63,530 bases of DNA, filler included, from Lenisia limosa (GCA_001655205.1; 17 parts of 17 records of this genome joined end to end with filler, not necessarily neighbours in it), one strand, 5' to 3'; shown: positions 37,621 through 50,489, counted from the first letter of the whole stretch. Translations and numbers: made by a program. The notes: a model not told the origin generated them from the letters alone.

Positions 37621-37693
37621 TAAGGTTTCCCTGCGGTCCCAAAAAAGACTCGATAACTATCGATGGTCTTTTTCGGACCGTAGGGAAACTCTA
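37621..37693. mobile_element. MITE subfamily B, internally deleted copy
   Basis: taaggtttccctgcggtcccaaaaaagac...gtctttttcggaccgtagggaaactcta; flanks gctggggg/attggtgg (5/8). Confidence 0.8.
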
Positions 37694-37889
37694 ATTGGTG
37701 GTATGATAGCTTTAAGTAAGCTGGGCGATATGACATGACGTCAGTTAGGGGCTCTCTAAGAATAAAGATGATCTATGTCCTGACATTCTNNNNNNNNNNN
37801 NNNNNNNNNNNNNNNNNNNNNNNNNNNNNNNNNTTAATTAATTAANNNNNNNNNNNNNNNNNNNNNNNNNNNNNNNNNNNNNNNNNNNN

Positions 37890-40800
37890 TCGGCCGCATG
37901 CGACTGTTCTGAGGGCTACTACGGCGTGGCGCCAAGTGACAGCATTGGCTTGGAGCCCTGTCTCAAGTGTCCGGACGGGACTACTTGTCCCGAAGGTATG
38001 GGGTGGTTAAACATAGGGCTTGAAAAAAGACTGAATTTCTCAATATCCTCGAAAATTATCGATATTTTACCACTACTACATATAGTAATTATATATAGGG
38101 AGAGGGGAGGGCTAAATATTTCAGGAATCTCCTCACAATTCCCTCAAACTTTCCCTGACATCTACCTCGAAATCTAATATGACGCTTTCTTCAGGCTCTC
38201 GAGAACCAACTGCAGTCAGTGGCTACTGGCTTTTGAGTGACGGCAGCGTCCTTAGCTGTGTGCCTGACGTCGCCTGTGGGGCTTCGAATACCTGCCAAAA
38301 TGGATACTCCGGGAGTGCTTGTTCCGTTTGCTCGGACGACTTCTTCAGGTATGGCTTGGGCTCACTCCGATCCAGAAAATGACTGGATAAATAACTGGAC
38401 ATTTCAATGCACCCATGGCTTCTTTTGTTTAAATTTTCCAATTTTACCCCCCGGAGTGATNNNNNNNNNNNNNNNNNNNNNNNNNNNNNNNNNNNNNNNN
38501 NNNNNNNNNNNNNNNNNNNNNNNNNNNNNNNNNNNNNNNNNNNNNNNNNNNNNNNNNNNNNNNNNNNNNNNNNNNNNNNNNNNNNNNNNNNNNNNNNNTT
38601 TTGTTTTTATTTCATAAATTTTCCAATTTCACTCTCCCCCCTAGGACGGAAGGAATCTGTAAGCCATGCCCGGGCTGGAGTGGCATTGTCCTCTTGACCA
38701 TGGTGCTAGCTGCGGTCGGCTCGGCTATTGGCGGCCTGTTATTGGTCCGGTCCGGGTTCAGTTTTGGTCCGCTCGTCATCTTCTTCAACTTTGCTCAGGT
38801 TGGATGGATGGTTTTTTAAAACAATTGGCGGCTGAAGTCGCATTAGTGCTCTATTGAGGGAACAAGAATATTGCTTTCTTCCGTTTTTTATTTTATTATT
38901 ATTTTATTAAACGCATCTATATTACAATGAAATGTGACAGTTGGTTTCTACCCCCCTCTCTCCTGGTAGAACCTACTTTGTATATGAGTATTCACCCTGC
39001 CCCAGGTTATCACCCTCTTCAACCGCCTCTCCAGCATTTGGCCAGCAAGTCTCGGAGATCTCATGGGTTTGTGGGTCTTCAGTAGAGCTTCACTTCGGTT
39101 CAAAAAAAAGGCTGAATTTCAAAATAAAATCTCATGATCTATTGATATGTTTTTCGGTATTAGTTTGACCAGAGTGAAGTTGTAGTCCCAAGAAGCCTTA
39201 TTTTAATATATTCGGGAAATTGATAGCTTCTTTTCTCAATTAAAGAGTCTGATATCTCTTATCGTCACAATATAATATGTCCCTTTAAATTTCAAAATTA
39301 ATGTCCAAATTTGTTTCATGTTGCAGAGCCCTAATATCACTGCTTTCCTTTGCTATGAAAAGGACTGGTGTTATATTGGTATTCAACACACCATAATATC
39401 AGATATTCATTTATTTGTTTCCAATAATTATAATGTGTTGATATTATTTATTTGCTCAAAAAGCGTTGTCAAGGCTGTATTGAGAAATGCATCCGTAGTA
39501 CTTGTGATCACTTTGACTATTTTACTTTAAAGCTTTGTCTTTCGGCTACAGCTATATACAGTGACTAGGATAAGTCTTGGCCATTATATGGCAAATCAGT
39601 CAAGACTTATCCCTGTTATTCAGTTTTCAACACATTTCTTGTCTCCATTATAACTTGATACGGGGTAATTCTGTAGAACGCATGGCCGTCTTCAATCTGT
39701 CTCTGGAAGTCCTGGCGCTACCTTGTGCGATTGAACTCTCTCCCTGGTAAGTTTTCATGATTAATGATTCAGTTCAGTTCAGTTCAGTTCTCAATTTTTT
39801 TGTTTCATTTTATACGATGTATTGAATCTGTATGCATAACATATGATGTATGTACGCTAGATAGTAACTACCATCCTTTCCCCCATTCTCATCCCTTGTG
39901 TGTTGGGTTTTTGTTTCATAAATTTTCCAATTTTATCCCCNNNNNNNNNNNNNNNNNNNNNNNNNNNNNNNNNNNNNNNNNNNNNNNNNNNNNNNNNNNN
40001 NNNNNNNNNNNNNNNNNNNNNNNNNNNNNNNNNNNNNNNNNNNNNNNNCTTCCTCGCGGCTTTAGCCATTTCGGCCGTGGCTGCCTATGCCATTATCGTC
40101 CATGTTTGGGCGCTTATCACTCGACGGTGCGAGGGGCGCTTCTGGTTGTAGTATTATTATCTTGGCTTGTATCTAGTGCTTCACTTCGGTTCAAAAAAAA
40201 GACAGAATTTCTCGATAAATCTTCGATAAATATCGCTATTTTCCCGGTCTTTTTTGAACGAAGTGAAACCATAATTGTAGCCATTATAAGATCAATAAGA
40301 CCTTGGAATACATGATCAAACTCTTTTAGCATATGCTAGATGACAGCCTACCAACACATCAGCACCTTGATTTTTCCCCTATCATATGGCAATCTATTGA
40401 CACATGACATTTTAGGAGTAAGCTCGCGGCTGAGAGAGCAGCCAACATCCACCGGTCGGTTACAAGCACCACGGGATTAGCAGAGAAGGTGAGAGGGTCA
40501 ATTACAAGCACGACATTAAAAGCAAAGTTGACTTTGGGCTTTTTTGTTTCATAAATTTTCCAATTAGAGCTCCAATGTAAATGTCATGTTTACAGTTCTC
40601 CCTTAACACCAACACCCCCAGAGCTCCGAGGCTTGGCAATCCAGTGATGACGTGTCAGCAACGTCATGGATGGCATGGCTGACTGACTGGCGTAATGACC
40701 CCCCGGCCTGGGAGGAGCGGACTGTTGCCATGGTAATGGCTGAGAAGTCTGCTCAGAAACCGCTGACGTTGGGGGGGGGGGGGNNNNNNNNNNNNNNNNN

Positions 40801-43800
40801 NNNNNNNNNNNNNNNNNNNNNNNNNNNNNNNNNNNNNNNNNNNNNTTTATCTTTTTCTTTCCCTGTTAATTAATCGCGATAAGTAAGTCCTGTCACCTAT
40901 ATTGAGCTTTATCTTTGGTCAATCATGTCAGACTTATCGCAGGGTATACCAACTTTTCTCACTAGAGAGAGAATTAACTTTTTTTCACCACTGTTAGAGA
41001 GAGTGAAATGATTTCGAAGTTTGCCAATACGGCCATCAATTGCTACATTTTCCTCCTAACGCTGCAATACACCTATCTTGTCGTGACTGCCATGCTCTTC
41101 TTCAAGGTGGGCGGGGGGATGGGTTTTGTCATTATGTTGGGCTTTATCAGTCCTCTATTGTGCGTTAACAGTTTTATGTCATGGGGGAATTGTACTCTCA
41201 ACACCCTATGAATACCGGCAATCCTCGATAAATATCGATAAATCCGCCGGATATTTCAATATACTATAGCTATATGTACTATTACCTTTAATCCACCTTA
41301 TTTTTGACAATATAGTGTCAGGACAGAGGAGACGGAATTGAGACAATGGCTGAGTACCCAGATACCGTGGGCCTTTGTTTTATTTTTTTTACAATAATCT
41401 TCACCAAATGAAGTTGGGAATTATTCACTCTATTTATTGATTTTGCAAAGACTCTCTCCCCCTCCCCATTCTATCCCTATTGTTCCTCCCCCTCCCCTTT
41501 CACCCCCTTTAGCCCTGCTATTCGGACGAATACAACCAGCTTGTGCCAGTGGTACTCTCCGGACTGGTCATATACGGTCTTGGCATTCCTCTTATGGTAT
41601 GTTGTGGTGATGCACATTTCCCTTGTGGTATGTTATGTTAGTTAAAATACTATTTAATATTCCTCTTATGGTAAGTGAAGCTCAGCTTATCACACTTCAC
41701 CCTTCATTTTTTCTATTGGCTGTCATTTCACTGTTCAAGTTTTCTTTATTGTTTCCAGTTTAAGGTTTCTTTTGTCGTCATCTCTGTTCAATTATTTTTC
41801 AATTGATCTTTTTAATATATAATTGCTCAGGTTTCCTTTATTCTCTACAAAGGTCGCAATCGGCTGTCAGACCCTTCTTTCAGGTGGGCTGTGTAAGATA
41901 CAAATATACATAGGGAGGAGGAGTGGGGAAAGGGGTGTAAATCATAAAGACTCTGCGAAAGGTCAAAACAAATATATTTGTGTCATCTGACTCAAAAGGT
42001 CGCGCTTTGGTGCGCTCTACTACCGCTACCGCCCCGAAATGTACATGTGGGAACTCGCCATTATGGCTAGGAAGGTGAGGGGGGTTATCTAAAACAACAT
42101 AAAAGTCTTCCGAAATCATTGCGACACAAAATTTGCATCTATCAATATCCCCCAATATAAAGATATTCCATGACAGTTTATTTTGGGCTTTTTTTTCTTT
42201 GTTTCAAAAAATTTTCAATTTCCCAGCTCTCCAGTCAATCATTATACGCATCCCCCCCCCCCGCTGGNNNNNNNNNNNNNNNNNNNNNNNNNNNNNNNNN
42301 NNNNNNNNNNNNNNNNNNNNNNNNNNNNNNNNNNNNNNNNNNNNNNNNNNNNNNNNNNNNNNNNNNNNNNNNNNGTGTGTTGTCAGCCAACAGTTGATTT
42401 TGGGCTCTTTCAATTCTTAAATCCCCCCCTCAGCTCCTCATCGTCATCGCCTTTGTGTACCTCTCTGGCCCCGAAATCTACAGAATGCTTGCGGCCATGA
42501 TCCCTCTCCTCTTTGCCCTCGAGGCTCACACCTACTTCAAGCCCCACGCCACTAGAATGCTTGTTCAGTTGGAGTATGTGTCTCTCTTCTGCGCGTATAT
42601 TATTCTTTGCTGCGGAATTCTGTACCTCGTGGAGATGCCGAATGACCTGGCCTATAAGTGGGGGGCTATTGCTGAGAAATTGTGGGATGTCAAAATGGAA
42701 AAACAATTTTAAACAAAAAAAAGCAATGTAAAACCAAACAAAAAGCCCTCATTTGGTTGTCTTGGTTGAGGATTAGTTGGGATTCATTGCTTACATGTGG
42801 GGAGTAATTAGGAGGTATCTAATGGGTGTTTTGTTTTTCTATCCCCAAAAACAAGTGTAACCTCCACCCTAGTATTCTGACGGTGGTGGCAATAACGTCC
42901 TTATTAACGGCCTCGTCGGTGTTCATCGTCACGTTTCTGCAACAACTCTTCCATTTTGCACAGCTCAAGGTAGGCATGCTACACAGGGAAAATGGAAGTA
43001 TCATCCGTTTGGGCCAATACTACATCATCAAGGCCTCTGATGTAGCAATAATAATTTAACACAAAATTCTTTTTGTTCTTCAACCGAGCCTGGTTTTACC
43101 CTGCTTTCAAACTTTTTTGCTTTCTTTTTATTTGGCAGATATTTCCGTCGTTTTACTCCCCCCCCCCCCCCCCNNNNNNNNNNNNNNNNNNNNNNNNNNN
43201 NNNNNNNNNNNNNNNNNNNNNNNNNNNNNNNNNNNNNNNNNNNNNNNNNNNNNNNNNNNNNNNNNNNNNNNNNNNNNNNNNNNNNNNNNNNNNNNNNNNN
43301 NNNNNNNNNNNNNNNNNNNNNNNNNNNTGGCTTTGTGTGTGTGTGCTTTTGGTTTTCATCCCTTCTGTGTTTTTCGAATATTAAGCTAATAGAGTTGATT
43401 CTGGGTTTATGTTTCCAAGTTACCATTTTTAATTACGCCAATACTCTTATCGTTTTTTATTCCACTGGTTATTATGGTTCTGCAACTGATAACGTGTTGT
43501 TAGTTCAAAACATTGATTATTTGAAACTTGTGATCATCTCTCACTATTTAGGTATGCGGAGTGTTGTGTGTCGTGTATGAAGGTGTAAGAGATGGATTGT
43601 TTATTTCTCTTGTTGAAACCTATCACTTCCTTTTCTTATTCAACTATGCTATCAATGTTTACATCCCTCTTTACCTGAAATAAACTATCATTTAACACAC
43701 TGCTGCATTTAAGATTATTTTTAACCCCCCCCCCCCNNNNNNNNNNNNNNNNNNNNNNNNNNNNNNNNNNNNNNNNNNNNNNNNNNNNNNNNNNNNNNNN

Positions 43801-44966
43801 NNNNNNNNNNNNNNNNCGAGGAAGAGTCCCGGGAGGTGAACAAACTGGACCTTGTCACACACGGCCTGATATCCAGTAGTATGAGCAAGGTCTGGGGGAA
43901 GTCTTATATCAGTAGTATGAGCAAGGGAGGCAGCAGTATAATAATAAAACAATAGTACAACATATTGGTAATCAATACAATAGTAATCATAATAATACAA
44001 TAGTTACTCAATATATTGCCTGATATCCAGTGCAGGAGCAAGATTTGGATAGAGAAGTGGTCTGTATCTCATTATTACCGTATTGGCAACTTAATTTCCC
44101 ATTGTTCATTTTTACCATATTAGGTAACCGATTAGTCCCTTAATTACCATATTTGTCGCTGAATCACCCCATATGATGCAACCTTTTTCCTACCTTATTA
44201 GGCAACTGAGTTTTCCTTAGTTACCATATTAGGCAACCAAGGTCAAAAGCAAGACCGGCGGCACCACGCCAGCCCAATTTATGAATTCTGTTCAGTCCTC
44301 GTTTCTGCACGAGTTACTCCCGCCCCCTCCATCAGATGAATGCACTCTGGTTGGGGGAGGGGGGGGGACTCTTTACAAATGATATCTTTTTTTTTGTTGG
44401 AAAATTTTTGTTTGTTTCAACACCTTTCCTCACCCCTCATCAAGTGCCTTTACTTTATCCCATTGAGCACTTTTCTCTGGATTTGGGTCATCCGGTTTTT
44501 GTTTAGTTTTAACGTGTGCAACTGTTTGCTGCTTGTTTTCTGTGCTATTTTTTTTTGGAGTTTCAGATTATTCACCCCCCTTCTCCCTAGTGGGCTTCTT
44601 TGTTTCATTAATTGTCCAATTTTACCCCCAGGTTTTTGTCGCGTTGGTGTTTATTGCTTGGTTATTTTTTTATTTGTTTTTTGTTTTTTATTTGTTTTGT
44701 ATTTGTTTTTTATTTGATATTTAAATGTTGAGTTTCAAATTATTCGGTTCGTGATTAGTATCTTTACGCCAATATTCTTTANNNNNNNNNNNNNNNNNNN
44801 NNNNNNNNNNNNNNNNNNNNNNNNNNNNNNNNNNNNNNNNNNNNNNNNNNNNNNNNNNNNNNNNNNNNNNNNNNNNNNNNNNNNNGGGGCGGGGGCTGAA
44901 GTCCGCGAACGTATCAAAACAGGGCTTGCTGACATTCTGCGCTTCCTTTTACCAAGCCATAAGTAG
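37890..44966 (+). CDS. Large multi-pass membrane protein: Cys-rich extracellular repeats plus a TRP-C/PKD2-like multi-TM region
   Basis: CDCSEGYYG..CLKCPDGTTCPEG; GYWLL..C..GYSGSACSVC; GPLVIFFNFAQ; PCYSDEY..GLVIYGLGIP; ARFGALYYRYRPEMYMWELAIMARK; several further TM exons. This architecture is common in protists. Confidence 0.75.
39083..39184. mobile_element. MITE family A copy (decayed 3' TIR)
   Basis: 5' TIR TAGAGCTTCACTTCGGTTC; flanks gtcttcag/gtcccaag (5/8). Confidence 0.75.
39559..39621. mobile_element. Mini-MITE family E (CAGTG...CACTG, TA-flanked; Tc1/mariner type)
   Basis: ta-CAGTGACTAGGATAAGTCTTG...CAAGACTTATCC. Related copies: 54517-54584 (ends GTCACTG-ta), 40872-40945, and right ends at 26664-26683 and 54990-55013(-ta). 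Confidence 0.7.
40174..40273. mobile_element. MITE family A copy
   Basis: TIRs present; flanks cttgtatc/attgtagc (6/8). Further degenerate or partial copies lie at about 1867-1950, 27665-27750, 35746-35772 and 38015-38070. Confidence 0.85.
43458..43650. repeat. Dispersed repeat D, second copy at 45385-45505 on another scaffold
   Basis: ttttattccactggttatta(t/a)ggttctgcaactgataacgtgttgttagttcaaa...gaaac(c)tatcacttccttttcttattc is near-identical in both copies. Confidence 0.85.
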
Positions 44967-45657
44967 GCAAAACCTGGTGTACGTCCACCCATAACTCTCT
45001 TGTACCCTAGCGGATTAGCCGACAGAGTTGATAATAGGGGGTTTTGGCAACGTGGTGCTTGTTATTATTTTCAACACAGCTTCAACCTTTTGTGTTTCTC
45101 AAGTGTTGAGCCAACAGAGTTGATAATTGCGGGGGGTTTTTCCCCATTATTGTCAATCTTTACGTACGCTGGAGTGATGGNNNNNNNNNNNNNNNNNNNN
45201 NNNNNNNNNNNNNNNNNNNNNNNNTTAATTAATTAANNNNNNNNNNNNNNNNNNNNNNNNNNNNNNNNNNNNNNNNNNNNAGTTTAGGTTGCCTAGCATA
45301 TATGATATAGTATAGTCTAAGCTCCGGACATCATCAAAACTCCCGGACAGCTTGAATTTTCAATAAAAGTACTATAAATTTCATTTTATTCCACTGGTTA
45401 TTAAGGTTCTGCAACTGATAACGTGTTGTTAGTTCAAACATTGATTATTTTGAAAACTTGTGATCATTCCAATTGAAACTATCACTTCCTTTCTTATTCG
45501 ACTATGATAGTGTAAGGATATTGAGGTCGGTATATTGAAAGCCAGGATTGCAGTGTCAGGACAACCATGTTGGACGATTGTGTATAGGGTTAGAACCCAT
45601 AACACCTACCCAAAAATCCACACAAAATCAAGGAAAGCACATAATATATCTATTCGA

Positions 45658-46092
45658 TCAATGATCATACTTCCTAAGCATCCTAATGGACTTCCATCCT
45701 CCACGTTTCATCTTCTCCTCCTCTGTACCAGTCATATTGGTCGTGCTGGTGTGGCGGAAAGAATGGACGGTGAAAAGGAGGGCTTTTTCCTCAGACAGAC
45801 CAGTTTNNNNNNNNNNNNNNNNNNNNNNNNNNNNNNNNNNNNNNNNNNNNNNNNNNNNNNNNNNNNNNNNNNNNNNNNNNNNNNNNNNNNNNNCGGATGG
45901 CCAAACGAACAAGGCACGATGCACGTTCTTGTCATTGTTGCGTGACTGTTCGTTGAGGGCTGTAATTGCGGCCACTGGGCAAATGGTCTTTGAGGCCGTT
46001 GGTCGGTAGTGGAAGGTCACAGGCAGCTTTGAGTTCTTAGTGAAACTACTAACAAATGAGGCCGAGTGAGAGGAGCATTTAACCGAGGACAC
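45658..46092 (-). mobile_element. Tyrosine recombinase C-terminal catalytic fragment (DIRS/Ngaro/Crypton-type), truncated
   Basis: KTICPVAAITAL...LFTVHSFRHTSTT...KRGGWKSIRMLRKY contains the CPV, HxxR and GxW...Y motifs of element-borne YRs. Confidence 0.85.
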
Positions 46093-49000
46093 TTGCTCAA
46101 AATTGAAAAAAAAAGTTGGGGAACATTAAGATGTCATTTTCTCTATATATATCTGTCGAACCAGTTTTGTATTTGACACATCAAAACTTCCGGACAGCTT
46201 GAGTTTTCAGAAAAAAATCCTGTGAAAAGGCAAAAGGGGGACGGACCCCGGGAGACCAAATTCACGGAATTTTGACATTTGCTCAAAATTGAAAAAAAGT
46301 TGGGGAACATTAGGAGGTCCAATTCTCTATGTGTCTGTCGGAGCAGTTTTTTTAAAAACACTAACATTGGCCTATGCAAGGTGTCAACTTCAAGCTGTCT
46401 GGCAGTTTTGATGTGTCCGGTGAATTTTGAATAATGTCAGGAGCTTTGAGGACCCACATATATCCATTTTCAATCAGGTATATGGTTCATCATACTCCCC
46501 TTGGGAATGGCATGGACTATTTACTCAGTTGTTTTGCGGAGGTTCCTTGGTTTTGCTTCGTTTGTCCCTCGGAACCACCTGAAATAACCTTGAAAATGCA
46601 TTTATAACATATTCCTGCGGAGACCATAATATTGTACCCAAATATGTTAAAATAATTGATTGCTATAATGTAACGCAAAGATTCCAAATAACCTACGACA
46701 AATCAAGAACAGCCAAATGTTTCCACAATCTAAATCGTAAAATTTCTTTAATACTGTAGATTAAGGTGGTTGGTTGATGGGGTCATTTTTGGCGGTTTTT
46801 GGAATTTTTCGGAAAATGTAAATTCCTCTGGTAATTTTCATTAGAGTATATGTAGCAAGTAAATGAGCACAAGAAAGGCAAGGTCTCATAAGCAGGCTCA
46901 GAGCACTAAAATTGCCGAAAGGCGGCCCATATAATTTTTTCTTTTTTCGTTCCTTTGCCTCTTCTTACACTGACAATTTAAGATAATGCTAATTACATTT
47001 ATTCAGCAGCTTCAAAAAACCGATCATGGTTGGAGAAGTTCTTTTGTTCCGAAAGTGGATCGTGTGTTCTTAGGTCCTTCATTGTTGATTATGTCAAGTA
47101 CAGCCACTGTTTCGATGATTGGTGTTGACTTTAGTTTCCCCTTTTCTCAGAAGTTGCTCTCGATGGTTAGTGGATCTTTGGCCTTTTGAGTCCCATTAAT
47201 ACTGTTTTTCGTCTATTATTTCATATCGCTTGGCTTAAATTGAGTTTCGTCCTCTAATCCTTCAGGTTGTCTTCTACCTGGTCAACTAGTACACCTCTCC
47301 CCTCTTCATCCCTCCGTTGTCAAGATTTGAAGGTATGTAACGCAGATGGAACGGGTTTAGTGTGACTTTTTAGGTTTTCTCAGTAATCTCTTTCAACTGA
47401 TTTTGCTGTGTTCCGTAAATGAATACGTTTGTTTAGCGTAACATGTTCATGGTTGTTTACCGCTCTAAACCGAAAATATACCTTATTTCATTATTTTGTG
47501 AAATTGCCCCTGTAACCATATTTTCGATATGTCATATGTGCTTTAGTTTTATGTAGTTGAAAGAAAAGAGAAAGGAAAATCTTTTTGCCACACACTTCCC
47601 AACTCTTCACAAAAAAAAAAACATTTACAGTTTAAGAAGATTAGTTACCCTCTCCAATGCAAAACAGCACCAGAACTTGCTTCAAAAGCTAGTGGTACTG
47701 CGGTTTTCATGCCACATTCGATTGATTCAGTCTTCAAAAGAGTGAACAATGAACAGGAGATGTTCTAATAGTAATTTTATAACACATGATTTACATGATA
47801 TATACTAATAGTCTTTTGTTATATAAAACATGAAGCAGTATCTTCCATCGATATCCCTAGAAGAATCAACTCATGACAATTAAGAATCCGTTACTTCAAT
47901 TTCTTTAAGTTAGAGTTCAGTCTACTATCATTTTTTAATGAAGAGTATACAAATCCCAGTTTAAGTTGTCAAAAAGGGGACCAATTCCAAATATAAATCA
48001 TGGTTAGAGTAATATATTATTGAATATTAAGGTACAGCAACGTGTTTATTAACTATGTCAAGGATACAGCTTTAAAAAGAGAGGCAAATGAAAGCAGAGA
48101 GGGAGAAATGTAAAAGATCATGTTCAAAATAGAGCCACTTTCCATTAATATCTCACCTTAAGAGCGCTAAGATGGACCGAGAGGGTACTTCAGAAGAAAG
48201 TCAAAGATCAATGCCTCCATAAAGGCTGAAGATTGCGCCCATTACGAAGGTTTCTATGTAGTTACAGGAAGTATTCTATCTATAAGTCGTTAAAACTCCG
48301 ATTGAGCCGTAGTAATCAAGCTAATTGTACATAATACCAACTAAGAAACAACTCGGAGACGAAAAAATAAAAATAATTCAAAAAATCACATTTATATATC
48401 ATATGCTGTTCTGGGGTATCATATTTCTATCATTGTTTTATACACTTCAGGGTAAGACTCGGTAAAAGAGAATCATAAGTAGAACACTGAAACAAAAATA
48501 GAGCGGGATAAATGGTTGAAAAAGGAAAAATACATCAAAACTTTATTTTGATCTCTAGATTTTATGGTGGCTCTTCCTGTCGAACTTTGTCGCTTAAATA
48601 AAACAACTCTTACTATTTAATTCATTTTCCAAAGGAGAGCCCAATCTGCACTCTACGTTACCTCGCCAAAAACCCATCAACCGACCACTTTAATAAAAAT
48701 AGATAATAGCAAATGATATGGTACATTGGAATTGTTTCAAATTCTCTGTAAAATTTGGTAATAGTCAATGAGGACGTTAGGAGTTTGACGTACTGAACGC
48801 CGTATTGCAGGTTAGAAATTTCCATTTTTGTGGTGAAATAACTCTACAAGTGGATACATACGGAAAAATGACTAATATGGTCGGGGTGGGTGTATTATTA
48901 TGGCAGCTGGTTATCAAAACAAGTCCGTCGCCTTCATTTCTGACCTCTGTGACAGTTGGTGGGATGATTAACTTCGCATTGTTAAAAAGGTCAAGCATTA

Positions 49001-49430
49001 TCTCTGTACTGTACTTATTTCTTTCCTAAATTTTATTCATTCTTCTTATTCTCAAAAAACAATTCAGCAGTAACATTATTAGGAATGGGGCTCGAAATTG
49101 ACGGTCCAACTATGCTACGCTTCAGTGAGGTACACAAAACTGAAGCCGTGTAGGCAGGGGTCTTGAATGTTAATATATCATATGATACTTCAATGTGTAT
49201 GTTTTTATTTAGTTTTTTATATTGAGAGCTGCTCGTCTTTCTGGCTCGTCCCAGTCAACCTTCGACTATGGAAGAACCCCATGGTATCCCTTCCGTATGA
49301 GGGGTTCAAAACAATACTACTCTTCCTGTGAAAACAAACTCTTTGATATTTTATATTTTGTGTGCTTTATTGATAATGTAAATTATATTCAACTCTGCTG
49401 TTAACCCAATCACAAACCTAGTGGAATGAG

Positions 49431-50190
49431 TCAGCAAGCTGCATTAGAGCTGTTTAATATGGCAAAGCCTGCGGGCATTGAGGAGGAGGAGTTCTGATTT
49501 AATGGTGTTTGTATACTGCATTGTGTGAATGTGTGTTTCAATGATACTAAATGAAGTTTTCCATCAGGATAAAGAGTCCTGATATTGTTTTTGACGCAGT
49601 CTGGAAGAACAATATGACAAGTAATCAAACCCAAATACATAGCAACAGCTCTGTATACGAGGAAGCGCTTCTCCTTGTTGGTAAAGGCGTGGTCTCTTTC
49701 AGCAAAGAACGGTTGCGACCAGTCATGTAGTTTGATTACAATAGAAAAAAAAGAACATACAGAAACATGAGAGGAAGAACATTGATCGACAGAAATAATA
49801 TCTAAAAAAAACAGTAAATCTCACCTGGCCTTTCGCGGAAGGTCCGTTCTCTTTGATAATTCGGATGAAAACATCATCTGAAAGGTTGAGAAAGGAAGGA
49901 GAGCAGCTGTAAAAAACGAAGATTTTGAAAAATCCAAGTTAATCTCAAATATTGCGCCTAAAAACTCTTAGCCAACCTTCAGCACCCTTAAAGTCGAGGA
50001 AGAACGGTTCCTCAAGGGCAGCCTGCCCCACAGCCTCAGGCGTCTCTGACGATGTGGTTAGTTAGCATCAACGTCAATAACACCTTCCTCAACCAAAGAG
50101 ACTGATTGCTGGCGCAGAACTGCCCTCACATCCAGTCGGGGATTAATCATCTCCAGGATTGGATGGTTGTTGAATCCCTTTACTTGTTAT
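49431..50190 (-). CDS. Hypothetical protein with a C-terminal motif resembling the P2X7 ballast domain
   Basis: TNKEKRFLVYRAVAMYLGLITCHIVLPDCVKNNIRTLYP at 49566-49682; upstream AG/GT exons TPEAVGQAALEEPFFLDFKGAE and DDVFIRIIKENGPSAKGQ. Confidence 0.5.
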
Positions 50191-50489
50191 GCTTTCTGAT
50201 GTTTATCTTGACTACTAACTGGCTAACGAAGAGTTTTTTTTTCCAAAATCGAAAAAATTTCAAATATACATAGTTTGGCCTTGACCGCGTATTTGGCCTT
50301 GACCAGCCACTTGATTCAAAAATATTTTAAGACTTTTNNNNNNNNNNNNNNNNNNNNNNNNNNNNNNNNNNNNNNNNNNNNTTAATTAATTAANNNNNNN
50401 NNNNNNNNNNNNNNNNNNNNNNNNNNNNNNNNNNNNNATGTCACAAAACACAATGTAAATCTGTCATCCAATAAGCAATAGCAGTCAAC

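Noticed and set aside
42374-42433. Classical introner elements (whole intron equals the element)
   Set aside because: The 5' halves of module-bearing introns are unrelated to each other, and no TIR or TSD marks the splice junctions.
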